Below are positions 12,866 through 25,800 of a stretch of DNA of 64,000 nt, one piece after another. The position numbers were made by a program, and so were the translations under genes. Numbering within the stretch: position 1 is the stretch's first letter; each line of letters begins with the position of its first letter. The notes under the pieces are model-generated. The model ran no database searches. It was not told the DNA's origin and saw only the letters and a list, made by a program, of their open reading frames with translations. This DNA comes from Chiloscyllium plagiosum (taxonomy: Eukaryota), in NCBI RefSeq assembly GCF_004010195.1, contig NC_057749.1, positions 16,644,564 to 16,708,563 on the forward strand. The letters run 5' to 3'.

Positions 12866-13219
12866 GCTTAGTCTTCTCCTCTGAAAATCAGAATTCCAAA
12901 TTCAGAAGAGTTTACTTACAGTTGGCTATCTACTTCTCATCATAGTGCTCCTGGTTTTTATATCACATAATCAACACATTTGTATTCAAAGGAGTCACAA
13001 GTCCACCTTCCCACAACTGACCACCGATCCTCACCCCTCAACCATAGATCAGTGCAATGTGGCAACATAGAAACTCTTGTGACACCAGGTTTCTTAATCA
13101 AGCTGTAATGAAGTTAAAAATAAAAACAAATTGCAAAGCAGAGATAAAAAAACAGCATCTGCAAAGACTTAAATATCTTAAAAAGATTGGACTTTTGTCA
13201 TTGTTAGAAATAAATACAA

Positions 13220-16200
13220 CAAATTTGCTTTGAAACAGTCTTTAATTTCTTTAAGTAAATCTATGACAATATTTCCACATCCATTAAATAAGAGTAATTT
13301 GTTTTTAAGCAATTTTTATATTACAAGAAAATTACTGTGCACTATATATTGTACAAAAATATGTCTGTTTACATATCTTGGTAAATCACCCACAATATCA
13401 GCATTATAGCAATTGGACATCACAGCAAGCAGCCTGAATCTCTCGTGTTTTAGTGCACTGCACTGTGGAATAAAAACTGCTATTGAGATTACGTAGCCCT
13501 TTCATTTTAATGTTTGTGAATGTTTTTGGGTGTTGCACATTTCTCTCATATGCTCCACTTCGTAATTTACTCCCCATCTCTCCCAAAGGCTCAACTCAGA
13601 CTAAGATATTGTTTCACAGGTGCAAGCTGCCTTCCACTCTTCAATAGTGTCTTCAGATGCAAGCTTTGGCAATGTGAATTGATGGGCTAATTTACCACAG
13701 CAAGTACTAAATAGATTAATAAAAATTCTAATTTCACTATCTTGATTCTCAGGTGCAGAGCTCAACTGTAGTGCCATCTTGCCTGAAATTTATGACTCTG
13801 CACACCTTGAGAATCAGCCCAAGAACATTCTGTTCCATATGGCTCAGTGCTATCCTGCAGAATATCTTCATCTGCCAAGCCCTTGGGAGAGCTTCTTAAG
13901 TAGCACTTTCAATTAAAGACTTGACCTTGTGAATGATTAATGCATAAGATTTGGAATGATAAAATATATTAGTGCAACATAGCTACACAAAATGACAGGA
14001 AGGGAAAAAGAACCCATTTAAGTGTTATTTATTAACTACAAGTACACTCAATCTCCAAAATGTGCAACTTTTCTGCCACTTGGTTTTTACCTGGTTAGGA
14101 TATAGGTTATTGGTGATTAGTCATTGTAAATGCATAAAACTAATGCTGACCAGCACATTGTCAACAAGCCAATTAGAGACCCAGATACTCTAGGTAACTA
14201 TAACAATTTATACATTTTGCATGATAAAACTATTAAGAACTGTGCAAAGGGGTCAAAACAACCACATTAATCTGTTCATGCTCAATATTTTTTGTAAGCT
14301 AGTCTGTCAATGATTTCTTCAAAAATTAACACTCCAGAATGCTATTAACCTATTTCACTAGCTATTTTCCCAACCCTTCCAAAACTAAAAGATTTTGGTT
14401 TGTGTTTCAACATGGTGGGTGCAGAAACAAAGAGCTGGAATAAAAGACAATTGCGATTTGCAGGGGGTTCATCAAAAATAGTCACTCAGTCTAAAGTGCA
14501 TTGACGAACAAAGGAACTTGGAGCGGTTCATCAGTGAAGAGAGGTTTTAGGAATGGATGGAAAAGTTTATGGAGTCTAAATCAAATCAATTGGAACAGGC
14601 AAGATTATCCCCTTCTTTCCCAGTCAGAAACACATCTGGAAAACAGGTGTGCTTTACTGGAAAGAGAAATGTAGCACCAAACCAAGTGCCTGGGTGCAAA
14701 AAAAAAGGCAGGGATGGAACTGGGGTGTACAAATCTGTACAAAGATTCATAAACCTCCTGTACAAGAGGAGACTGCTAGAACGCAACAGCATTTTAATTA
14801 TAGCTCTGTGTCCCTTTTCTTCCACCCCACCCTCAAGTATCCCACAATGCACTGCAAGAACAAAGTAGCAGAACAAGCAAAGTCATTTCCTCTCATCATC
14901 CAAAGCACCAGAACAATCAAACTCCTCTCACGATTTCCCCGAGGAACACATACATACTGCTCAACGCCTTTACACATTTAAGAGGTTGCATATTATGAAA
15001 TTGTGGTTTATAATATATATTTTACAATTATTTACAATAATTTTTCATGAATTCTTGATTGATAATCACATATTTCCCAACCTCAGCCCAAGGCCCACAA
15101 TCATATTGCTTTATTAAAAGTCAAATGGTGCCATCACTTCACTCAGTTCAAAAAAGCCAGACAAAATAAGCACTGCTATTGTGGCACTAATGAGGGAAAG
15201 AATATTGTGCATACAGTGCAAAGTCAGGTGTAAAGAGAAATCGGGAATTGTGTTACTAAGGCTGCTAAACCACACAGGACAGTCTGGGATGGCAGCGTGT
15301 AGGACTAGACTGTAACTTCCATACCAGGAACCCACCTAATTTTAATGACAAATTATGATCATTCCATTTTACCCGAAAATGTCAAATATTAAAATCCCAC
15401 TTGTTGAACGTGGCTTGCACAAAGCATCAGTAATAAACTATTTTTGTTCCCATGATATTTTTCTTGCCTCAATTCCTGAAAGTGACAGTTCTAACTGGGC
15501 TTAGTTCATCCTGCTACACATTACTTAGATGGCCATACACCATATATTAGCTCAATGGAAGGTAGTGGTCTATTTAACTGAAATCAGGTCAGAATCAAAC
15601 TAAGCCCCACCTTTACCTGACATTCCTACAGATGCACTTTCCACTCGGGATGACCAGTGTCCAGTTAGGAATAGGAGTGACTTTCCGCTGCTCCTGATCG
15701 TAGGGATATTGAGGTCAAATGTACTACCCCAATTATTATTCTGGTTTCAGCCTAGCACAAAATATGACCAACGTTAGGGCTTCTACCCGATAGCTACTGG
15801 TATTGGTCAATTTCAAATGAGGTCCAAAAGAATCTTTTTCACTCCATTTTGTTTGGCTTGTAAGAACCATGTGCAAGGTTGCGATACAAGCACAATGCTT
15901 CACTGAAGACATCATTCCCATTTAGCAAGTTATCCTGTAGAATAAAATTAAATCTCCCCAACATTAAATTCTCTCCAACCGAGACATACTCTGACATCCT
16001 GGTTAAGGGGAGAAATTAGGGCATTTTCAATGCAACTCAGCCACAGGTAAAACAGACTACTTTCAATTTTAGCTCAAGGTAACAATCCAACCCATCCTAA
16101 ATTCTTAAAATCTTATTTCAAACTTGTCAAATGTAGTCTCCTGCCCTATTATTTCACGTGAAACCAATAACTCCGCATTTATACTATTATAATTCAACAC

Positions 16201-19200
16201 AAGTTGTGTGAATGCATCATTTTCCCAATTGGATTGTGATGAAATGCAAAAGGGGTGTGAATTTTTGGTATAGGTTCACTTGAACCAGGATTTCCTGTGC
16301 GTTAAACAAGAGATTTTATCCTTCTAGATTTCGGTGTTGTAGGGAAATTACTGTCATAACAGCAGGATGAATTACTAAAAGGGAACAAGTTAGTAATTGG
16401 CTAGGATAATTGTGGGAACAATTTGAAGTGATGAATTATGAGCATATGGAACAGCACTGAGGTGCTGGCTTTATTGATTTCTTTCTGTAGTGTATTAGTG
16501 CTGCTATGCTATATATGCTTTGTGATAAACTGGCTGGGAATAAAAGATTTAGTATTACACTTCCCAATACAGAACAAATGGATCATTTGACTAGGCAGGA
16601 GCTATGAAAATACATATATATAGCAAATACAACCAAATTCTGTGATAAGATTCCCTGACCAGCCCTGAAGTTTTTCTTTTGAATGTTGAATGGTAACATT
16701 TTACCCATAATTTTTATACATTAAAAAAAAAATCAAGAATAATGCAGTATTTAAAAGCTAATCTTCTGAGGCAGTTCTCTTACTTCATTGAAGAAAATCT
16801 TGATGTCATCAGTGAATCACCCTGAGAGGGTTTCAATGGTCTGAACATTTTGCTGTTCCTAATTCCCATTTCAGTTTAGCACCCCCCCTGCCCCTGCACC
16901 ACCCCCCCCCCCCCCCGAACCTTGAAGAGAAAGACTTCCCACCCACCTCAATGTTTTGTGCTCATTGTTTTTTTTTTGTTTATACAGTCAAAAAGCAGAG
17001 AAGGTAAACATTTTTCACAGCTAATATCCAGAATTTTCAGCACAACATACCATCTCAGGTCAGGAGGCACCAATGGTAAAAAAGGAAAAACTGAAATTTA
17101 AGTGTCCAAAGTTTAACTAAGGAGGTAGCAACACTGATCAGAGGGTACAGACTATAAAACCAATGAGAGCAGACTCTGTCCAAGGCTTTGCTTTATGACT
17201 GTTGGAGGACCAGACATCAGTAGCATTTTCCACACCTACCACCCTTGAAAGACATTGCAGAATTATCACCAAATTAAGGGCACTTTGTGCGATGGGTCCA
17301 CACCTCTTGGAATTAAAATGGAGAATTCCCAGACATTTCAAATAAGGACATCACAAGTACAGACAGAACTCCCACTGGACTGGTTTGGCTGGATTATAGC
17401 TCAGGTGCCAGAGATAACTTATTGGCACCCATTTATCTTTTCATTTTAATGAAAATGCAACTGGTATCTAAATAATACTCCTTTAAATTTTAACAAACAG
17501 TTCAACAAAATAACACATTTGTATTTTCAAATCCAACATGCCAAACTTAGAATTCTTACTACAGATGACACCCCTGCTTTAAGAAAATGAATCTTTACAT
17601 TAAAATCACATTTAATGCCCAGTTTCAACCTGCTCTATTTGCTGTTTTATAGGAACTGTGACAGCTTCCTCAGATCAGACTTCTCCAAGCAACACATACA
17701 GTATGTTCATAGTAAAATACTTTAATTAAAATAACTGGAAGACAATTTGAAAATAATGCTGTGTTAAATAGGAGCAAGAGTTCTGGCAACAATACAAAGT
17801 GCTACCGAGGTGATTCAAATCAACACTTCAGTAAGTAATGTGATGTGCAATAAATATTTATACTACTTAGGGGCTTTTGTCCCCAAGTGGTGTTATTGCT
17901 CGTAAATTAAATATTTTACGAAATCAGTAACTTGTTGCAATATCTTTCTTCCTTGGCCAAATACTGTACTTTAGCACTAACCTCAAAAGCACCTCCCACT
18001 ACACTAGAATAATATTTTTCCATTTTCCCAACAAGTCATTCAGGTGAGATGCCCATTTAGTTACACGCATGTTCCTTAGGCCTTTGATATTCAGAACTAG
18101 TCACTAGAATCAATCCTGACAACAGGCAAAGACTCTAGCTTCAATTTGAGTCCAAGGTTATACATGTTAGTACATGCACCATCAGTTCTCCAGGTACAAA
18201 TGAATTGTTTAGATTATGCAAACAAAACTTACGTGGTTTGTCTTCAACTTATTTTCTTTACCCCAGAATGGCTAGTGCCTAATTTCCTTTAAAGGTAACT
18301 TTCCTGCTGATAAACAAGTTTTACATTTTTTTAAACTTCCCTTCTTAAAGCTGCTGATTGTGGTTGGGTGACAGTAACTGTCACTTTCTGGAACTGTTAG
18401 GCTGTTGACACCTTGCTTAAGTGCCAAGCTTCATATCTCAGCTCTGACAGGAAGGATTATCAAGTTGATCAGCTTTTGAGCTCATCAAGCCTGTACCTCA
18501 GTCAGACATCCACATGTATGTTCTTAGCATTGGAAAACACTATTACTTTCCTTCCCTCCTTCCACCCACAGCCCCCAAGGGTACACAACCATAAATAGAG
18601 TACCCTAATTGAGCTCAGATTGGAGTTCGATCAGAGACCTCACAGGTCAGAATACCTCAAACAACCACCAGAGGTAGTGAGTGACCTAATAAGCCAGAGG
18701 GATTTCATTGAGATTTTAAAAAAATACAAACTTCAGTTACAGTTCAATGAGCATTTTAAGGGATGAAATTAAATTTAAAAAAAATTAAAGTGCAAAAAAA
18801 AAATCCTTGAAACGAACTCAGTTTCTACAACTCAAAAGTCACCTCTGGCCCCTTTGATCATGTTGTGAAATACTTTGCTGAAAGTCTAAATAGTAATTTC
18901 AAATTCCTCAAAATTAATTGACTTCAAATTATCCAGGTACAGTGCTGTGGTCAATTTTGGAAGTCTTAAAATTTGTATAATTATCTATCACGCAATACTG
19001 AATTAAAAATAATCCATTCCATTCTACCATTCTATGGCCCTGACCATGTTTTGCTGGGAACTAAAGACACCAACCTACCTCAGTTAAGAGCTGTGAAAAA
19101 TGTCCAATTTCCAGTATTAACAGTTTAGCTTTGAGAGTTTATGTCCAACATTATTTCAAGCACCCACATTCCATATAAAAACAGATGTGGATTTCTTGTA

Positions 19201-19287
19201 ACCTTAAGACACTTTTCACTGAAGTCCGTGAAAATGAGACATATAACCCTTCATCAGTAACGGGAGGGATCAACTGAAAGAGGAATA
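13220..19287 (-). other. Probable ~6 kb furin 3' UTR
   Basis: AT-rich stretch with no recognisable young TE between the stop and a poly(A) signal followed by a GU/U-rich element; exact end inferred. Confidence 0.65.
13241..13246 (-). terminator. ATTAAA polyadenylation signal
   Basis: ATTAAA on the minus strand, followed about 15-30 nt later by TTTGTTGTATTTATTT; context resembles the human FURIN 3' end as I recall it. Confidence 0.6.
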
Positions 19288-19856
19288 CTAGAGGACACTT
19301 TGTATTTTCTTTATAAATGCTGTTCTTTCACTTTGGCCCTCAACATCAAATTCTTCACAATCCGATTCAGATAAATCACCATCTTTCCACATGTCAGAAA
19401 TTCCTTTGTAAGATATAATCCCTTTCCCGTTTTGTAGAGTGTAGACTTTCACTTTGCTGAACTGGAATCCTGACCTGACCTGAAGAACTATGAATATTAT
19501 AAAAAATACCATTATAATGAAGGCACAGATGGTAAAAGCAAACCATATAGGTACTTGAGATTCAGTGAGTGGTTCAACTACTTCCTCATTTTCCAAGGGA
19601 GATTCCCTGCTGACTTGCATTTGGGGTGAACAGCTCAACTCAACTTCATTGTAGTGTGAATGAGGGAGGCAAGAAAGGCAGTGATTGGCTGCAAACCCAT
19701 TGCATGTGCGGCAAGAAGCATGACAAGGAAGGCAGGCCAAAACTTGTGAAGATTCAACATTGTTGTCCAAGAGACTGTCAACCAATCCTTTATAAAAGCC
19801 AGGTGGACACTTTTCCACGCAGCTTTGCTGATGCAGAAAATATACACCTTCACATT
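19288..19856 (-). CDS. furin: furin terminal coding exon: Cys-rich domain, TM helix, cytoplasmic tail
   Basis: CTCCTCAG acceptor; [22 protein letters not shown]...[11 protein letters not shown]...; hydrophobic [51 protein letters not shown]. Confidence 0.96.
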
Positions 19857-22800
19857 CTGAGGAGACAAAATAAGAGAGAAACAAATACTTCATAAACAAT
19901 TTCAGTTGCAGTAATTTTAGAGCTGCTGAGGTTCCAAGCATGAAAGGCAAAGAAATTCAGACAAAATAAAGCATCTTCCCCACCACTTAAGATAAGATTT
20001 GACTTAATAATAAAACAAGGTTAAAGAACACAAACACAGTCAGTGTACTTGAATATGGTTTGACAGACTAAAGGCTGGAAAAGTCTGTACAAGATCTAAC
20101 AAATTTGTCAAACCTACAATTTGTTGGGTTTTAGTTTAGCACTGAAGCAAACAATTAGGACAATTTGATCTTTCAAAGTTAATTTGCATTAGCAAATAAT
20201 GTTCTAAAGTGATCAAAATTTAAGAAGTAGTTATGGTTACAGAGGAGATCTGGTGCGGACTATAGATCCTGTTGGCTTGGGGAATGTGTTGTTATCTAGT
20301 TGGGGCAGGGTGAGAAAGAGCGTGTACACATTTTGAGAATATTTATAGGGTAAGATTTATAAATTACATTATTGTATATGTTAACTAATTATTGCACTTT
20401 ATGGACTTTGTTTTGATAAGTTGATAATTGTACTTAATGAATTTTGTTAACAGATAATTTTGATTAAAACTTACACAAATGGATAAATGTATTTAACTAG
20501 TCATCCTAGTAACCAGAAAGTAGTACTTGTGTGTTACAAACTATGTAGTGGTTCTAGAGTGACTGGGTACGCCTTCAGTGTCACTCTTATCAGCATCAAA
20601 TAAAATAATGGCTACTCTCAAATAAATTAAGTAGACAAATTACCAATGTAAATTTAAAGCTGTAAACATACTTCCTAAAATAAAAACAAATTAGAAATAA
20701 CTACAGTATCCACCATAATAGGGAGATAGTAAAGGACAATATAGATTTTGGGTGGAGATCATCATTAGAACTCCTTAAACGCCAAGATTAAAAATGAGAG
20801 AATAATCTCAATTTTAGAGAAACTCAAACCTCTCTAGAAAACACCTATTAAAAATGCTCCCAGTTTAAATGAGGGAAAAAACGGTGATCAAAACACCAGA
20901 TTCCTGTTTCAATAAAAAAGGCAGACATGGCTCATCAGAAAACAGAAGTTTGTCAGTTTTATAATTCAGTTTATAACACAGCTGAGGCACCGTACCCAAA
21001 ATGTTTAACAGATTATAATGAAAGATAAATTCACTAAACACAACCCACAGTATCTATGGCCTGCTGGTTAGAGAAACCTTTTAAAATACACAGCAGGCTG
21101 CATAAATTAATGTCAAACTTTGATGTTTTTCAAAGCATTTTCCCAATTATTTTGTTATAAAATCCAGGTGCATACCTCAATTGCTAAAATTTAGCTAAAC
21201 AATTACTTCTGGTGTGCAAAGAGCACTTAAGACAACATTCACAGATTATTCAACCACTAAGGGAATGTGAGCTCAGAGCAACTGTATTTTCACACAATAC
21301 CACCACAGCAGGAATCATGCCTAATCTTCCCTCCCTCAGAGACAGGTGATATGGACTTCAATTGAAGAATGCCTTTTTTCCCCAGCTAAGAACTAAATGA
21401 ATAGACACTATAGATGGAACCTTGATTTCCTGAATTGTGTATTCACCCACAAAGAAGAAATTTTCAGAAGCTCTAAAAGTTTTAAATCACCAACATTTGT
21501 CATTTATATAAATGATCTGGATGTGAACATAGGAGATATAGTTAGTAAGTTTGCAGATAACACTGAAATTGGAGGTGTAGCGAACAGTGAATGGGATCTT
21601 GATCAGATGGGCCGATGGGTTGAGGAGTAGCAGATGGAGTTTAATTTAGATAAATGTGAGGTGCTGCTTTTTGGGGAAAGCAAATCAGAGCAGGACTTGC
21701 ACACTTAATGGTAAGGTCCTGGGGAGTGTTGCTGAACAAAGAGACTTTGGAGTGCAGGTTCATAGTTCCTTGAAAGGACAGTCACAGGTAAATAGGATCG
21801 TGAAGGCGGTGTTTGGTATGCTTTCCTTTATTGGTCAGAGTATTGAGTACAGGAGTTGGGAGGTCATGTTGCGGCCATATAGGACGTTGGTTAGGCAATA
21901 TTCTGAAATATTGCGTGCAATTCTGGTCTCCTTCGTATTGGAAGGATGTTGTAAAACTTGAAAGGTTTCAGAAAAGATTCACATGGATGTTGCCAGGGTT
22001 GGAGGATTTGAACTATAGGGAGAGGCTGAATAAGCTGGGGCTGTTTTCCCTGGAACGCGGAGGCTGAGGAGTGACCCTAAAGAGGTTTATAAACTCATGA
22101 GGGGCATGGATGGGCTAAATAGACAAGGTCTTTTCACTGGAGTGGGGGAAGTTCAGAACTAGGGGGCATAGGTTTAGGGTGAGAGGGGAAAGATATAAAA
22201 GGGACCTAAGGGGCAACTTTTTCATGCAGAGAGTGGTGCATGTATGGGATGAACCGACAGAGGAAGTAGTGGAGGCTGGTAGAATGGGACAGATTAGGTT
22301 AGGATAACTGGTCCGCATGGATAAGTTGGACTGAAGGGTCTTTTTCTGTGCTGTACACCTCTATGACAATGTCAACTGATAAAGAAATGCAGTAAGATGT
22401 GCACTAATAAATGCACTGTCCTCTTGCTTTTGTTGCACTTTAATCAGCACAAGTTGCTGCTATTTGATCATAATATTGCTCAAAAGTGTCCTAATCTGGA
22501 GATCTCTCATCAGATTTTTTCTGCAGCTAAGTATATTGTGCCAATTTATCCCTGATAGGCCCGTGACAGAATATGAAGAAATGAAGTCACTTGATTGCAA
22601 AGTCTACAGTCAATGCTCATTTTGTGAATATAAATAACTGCTTTTCTGACTGATTGAATTTCAAAGCTAAAAACATGCTTAGCCCCTACAAAAGGGCCCC
22701 AGACAGCTAGTATTATTAAAAATGTCATGAAATAAAAGCCATATTTGAAAGTAGTCTCAAAATGAGTTGGGCTCCAATCCACCCAGGGACATTCCTGCAA

Positions 22801-25800
22801 ATAAATGACCTGCTTACTGCACTGTTAAATGCATTTCTGTCAAATTTACTTGACTTTACTATTCTTGAGTCTGGAATTTGCTGTTGGTTGCAGTGGACTT
22901 TATATCAGAAATTTAATTGAGTCCAGTATGATATCTAAAGTGAATATTATTTCTAACAATTTTTAAAATGCTGCAAAATCCTGTAGGGCTCAGTACTGAA
23001 ATTCACACAAGTGCATTTAGATTGTTGTTCTATCAGGCCACAATTTGCATAGTGTGGAGAGCTGCAAATGCATCTTTTAATTGTTAAATCACAAGGATGC
23101 AGAGCCTCAATGTGAAACTGCCAATTCCAATGAATCATTAACCTTAAATCCAAGCCCTCAAAACAGTTAGTGATTCACAAAATTCAGGATGAAGTCAGAG
23201 AGCCATTTTCATATAAATGACACCCAATATCTCAAGTTTGTCTGCTCTGTTCTGTCCAATGATAGCTGCTCTTTAAATGAAGAGTTCAAATTCAATAATT
23301 CCGTCCTCGTAATACCTCTCGATATCACATCCACTAATCATTCCTCATGTTCAATGGCAACTTTTCTTGTCGCCATGTCTCTCATCAGCATGATTAGGGT
23401 AATTATCCCAAGCCTTTCTGAATAAATCTAAACTACAAATAGTGCATCCGACAATGCTTTTCACTTATTCAGTTGTTCAATCCTGGGAAAGGATGTTAAC
23501 ATTCACTTATTCCCTCTCACTCTTTTCAATGGGCGGCACGGTGGCACAGTGGTTAGCACTGCTGCCTCACAGTGCCAGAGACCTGGGTTCAATTCCCGCC
23601 TCAGGTGACTCTCTGTGTGGAGTTTGCACATTCTCCCAGTGTCTGTGTGGGAGGTTAGGTTAGGTGTGCAGGTTAGGTGAACTGGCCATGCTAAATTGCC
23701 CGTAGTGTTCGGTGAAGGGGTAAATGTAGGGGAATGGGTCTGGGTGGATTGCGTTTCGGCCGGTCAGTGTGGACTTGTTGGGCCGAAGGGCCTGTTTCCA
23801 CACTGCAAGTAATCTAATCTAAACCTAGAATTATCTAATTACAAATTCCCAAATGACTTTCCTTTTCTCCTTTTCTGAAGTATTAGCCAAATCTCTGTAT
23901 TCAACATTACGGCTCTATCATTTTACTTAGGTCTAGTTAAAAGAAAAATTCCATAAGGTAAAAGACTAAAGAAAACTGATGAATTACTGTAACATTTTAT
24001 TTCACCTTTGTAGCTTACACTCTAACCATGGCAATGCCTGCAAGCTAAACATTACAATAAGGTGACGGCCTGATTTCTAATCTGTTGTCATACCTAACTT
24101 AAATGGATCAATGACCCGAATAAGTAGCAACTTAGCCTAGTTAGCACAGATGTTGAATTTGGCATTTTTAAGATAAAACACTCAAGATCATTTTTTAAAA
24201 ATGGAAGAATAAGACATTTGGCCCCTTAACATGCTCTGCCATTCAACAAGATCATGGCTGCTCTGACAGTGATCTCAACTCCACTTTCTTACTTGCTTTT
24301 CCAATAACCCTAAACTCCCTTGTGGATCAAATGTTTGTCTAATGCTGCCCTGAATATATTCATCGATGCAACATATTATTCTACGTGGAAGAGAGTTCCA
24401 AAAGATTAACTGATACCCAGAAGATATTCTTCCATCTCCAACCTATTTTAGATCTGTGCCCCATATTGTCACAGACTCCTCCGGGCGGGGAAACATCCTT
24501 TCAGCATCTAGACTATCAAGCCCCTCAGAAGCTTACGTTTCAGTAAGATCACCAGATTCCCACTTCATGCAGAATTCTGCAGTTGGTCTCAACCTAATTA
24601 TTCTGCATCTTTACTTTTGCTGCCAAAGTGGACAACCTCATTTTCCTCACACTGTACGCCATTTGTGAAGCCTTTGCTCGGTCATCTGTCATTTGCATCC
24701 TTTTCATTGTCTAACCTTGTATCAGCAAATTTGGATACATTCTGTACCTCCATCCAAATCATTAACATAAATTACAAATAATTGAAGTGCCAGCGCTGAT
24801 CCCTGTCCATTCCACTCATTACATTTGTAAACTTGAAAATGACTCATTTATCCTGTTTCCTGTTAGCTAATCCTCTACCCAAACTAAATAATTAACACGA
24901 TGAGTTCATAAACTTTACATAAATCTTTCAGAGCAACACAGAGCACATTTTCAAATCAAGAGTTCACAATAAAGCTTTTCTGTAATCCTTTCGCCAAGCC
25001 CCATCATACTACAAAAGTCTACCTTTTACAATCGAGGATTAAAAAAGGTCCTTTTCAATGGAACAATTAGCACCAAATAGCCATCAGCTTCACACAGGCA
25101 ATAACACTGCAAGAGAACCTCAACTACTGAGCCCAAAACACCTGCGCACAAAACAATGGTTTGAGTAGAAAAACTTTCAAATGCAGTTAAGTGACACTAC
25201 AAACACTGTTGAACCACTGAAGGGTACCACTAGCCATTCAAATTGATAAATTTAACAGGTTAACAGCTTTCTGTAAATGTATGTCAATTTCATGGAGCTA
25301 ACTTTGAAAGAATTTCCATTTTTTAGTTTTTTTAATTTTTGACATTTTGAAAATCAAACTTAATAGAGGACTGTTTTCCCTTATAGTCAGAATTAACTTG
25401 TTAAACATTACAGAATACAAACTATTGACAAATGACACTATATAAAGGGGTGGAGGTTAAGGATTGCACAAAATATGTTAATTATTTTCTATTTCTGCTT
25501 GTAGAGGGCGCTCTGAGACAAAACTCTATTTCTTTTCTACATTCAACTCTATGCCTTCTCTTGCTTACTTACCTGCACACACTTGCTGAGAGTTCAGTGT
25601 TTTGCAGTTGGCAGGTAGTGTAATGTTGGTCGATTTCTGCTGGCTGTTGTTAGTTGGTGCTGTCCCATAAAGAACCAGTGTAAATTGTCTCAGGGTACCT
25701 GAACAGAGAAGCTCTATTACAAACTTTCTGCTATAAGCAAGCATATTTAAAAAGCAATAATCAGGACAGTAGAAAAAGGACAAAGACACAATTTTTCTAA

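Noticed and set aside
14557..14981. Three overlapping ~100-aa ORFs in the UTR region
   Set aside because: No recognisable domain or splice structure; chance ORFs.
19857..19950. N-terminal part of ORF 19288..19950
   Set aside because: Intronic read-through upstream of the CTCCTCAG acceptor; not a separate gene.
23531..23605. tRNA gene (also 47856 and 63117-63200)
   Set aside because: The A/B boxes belong to tRNA-derived SINE heads; no complete cloverleaf seen.
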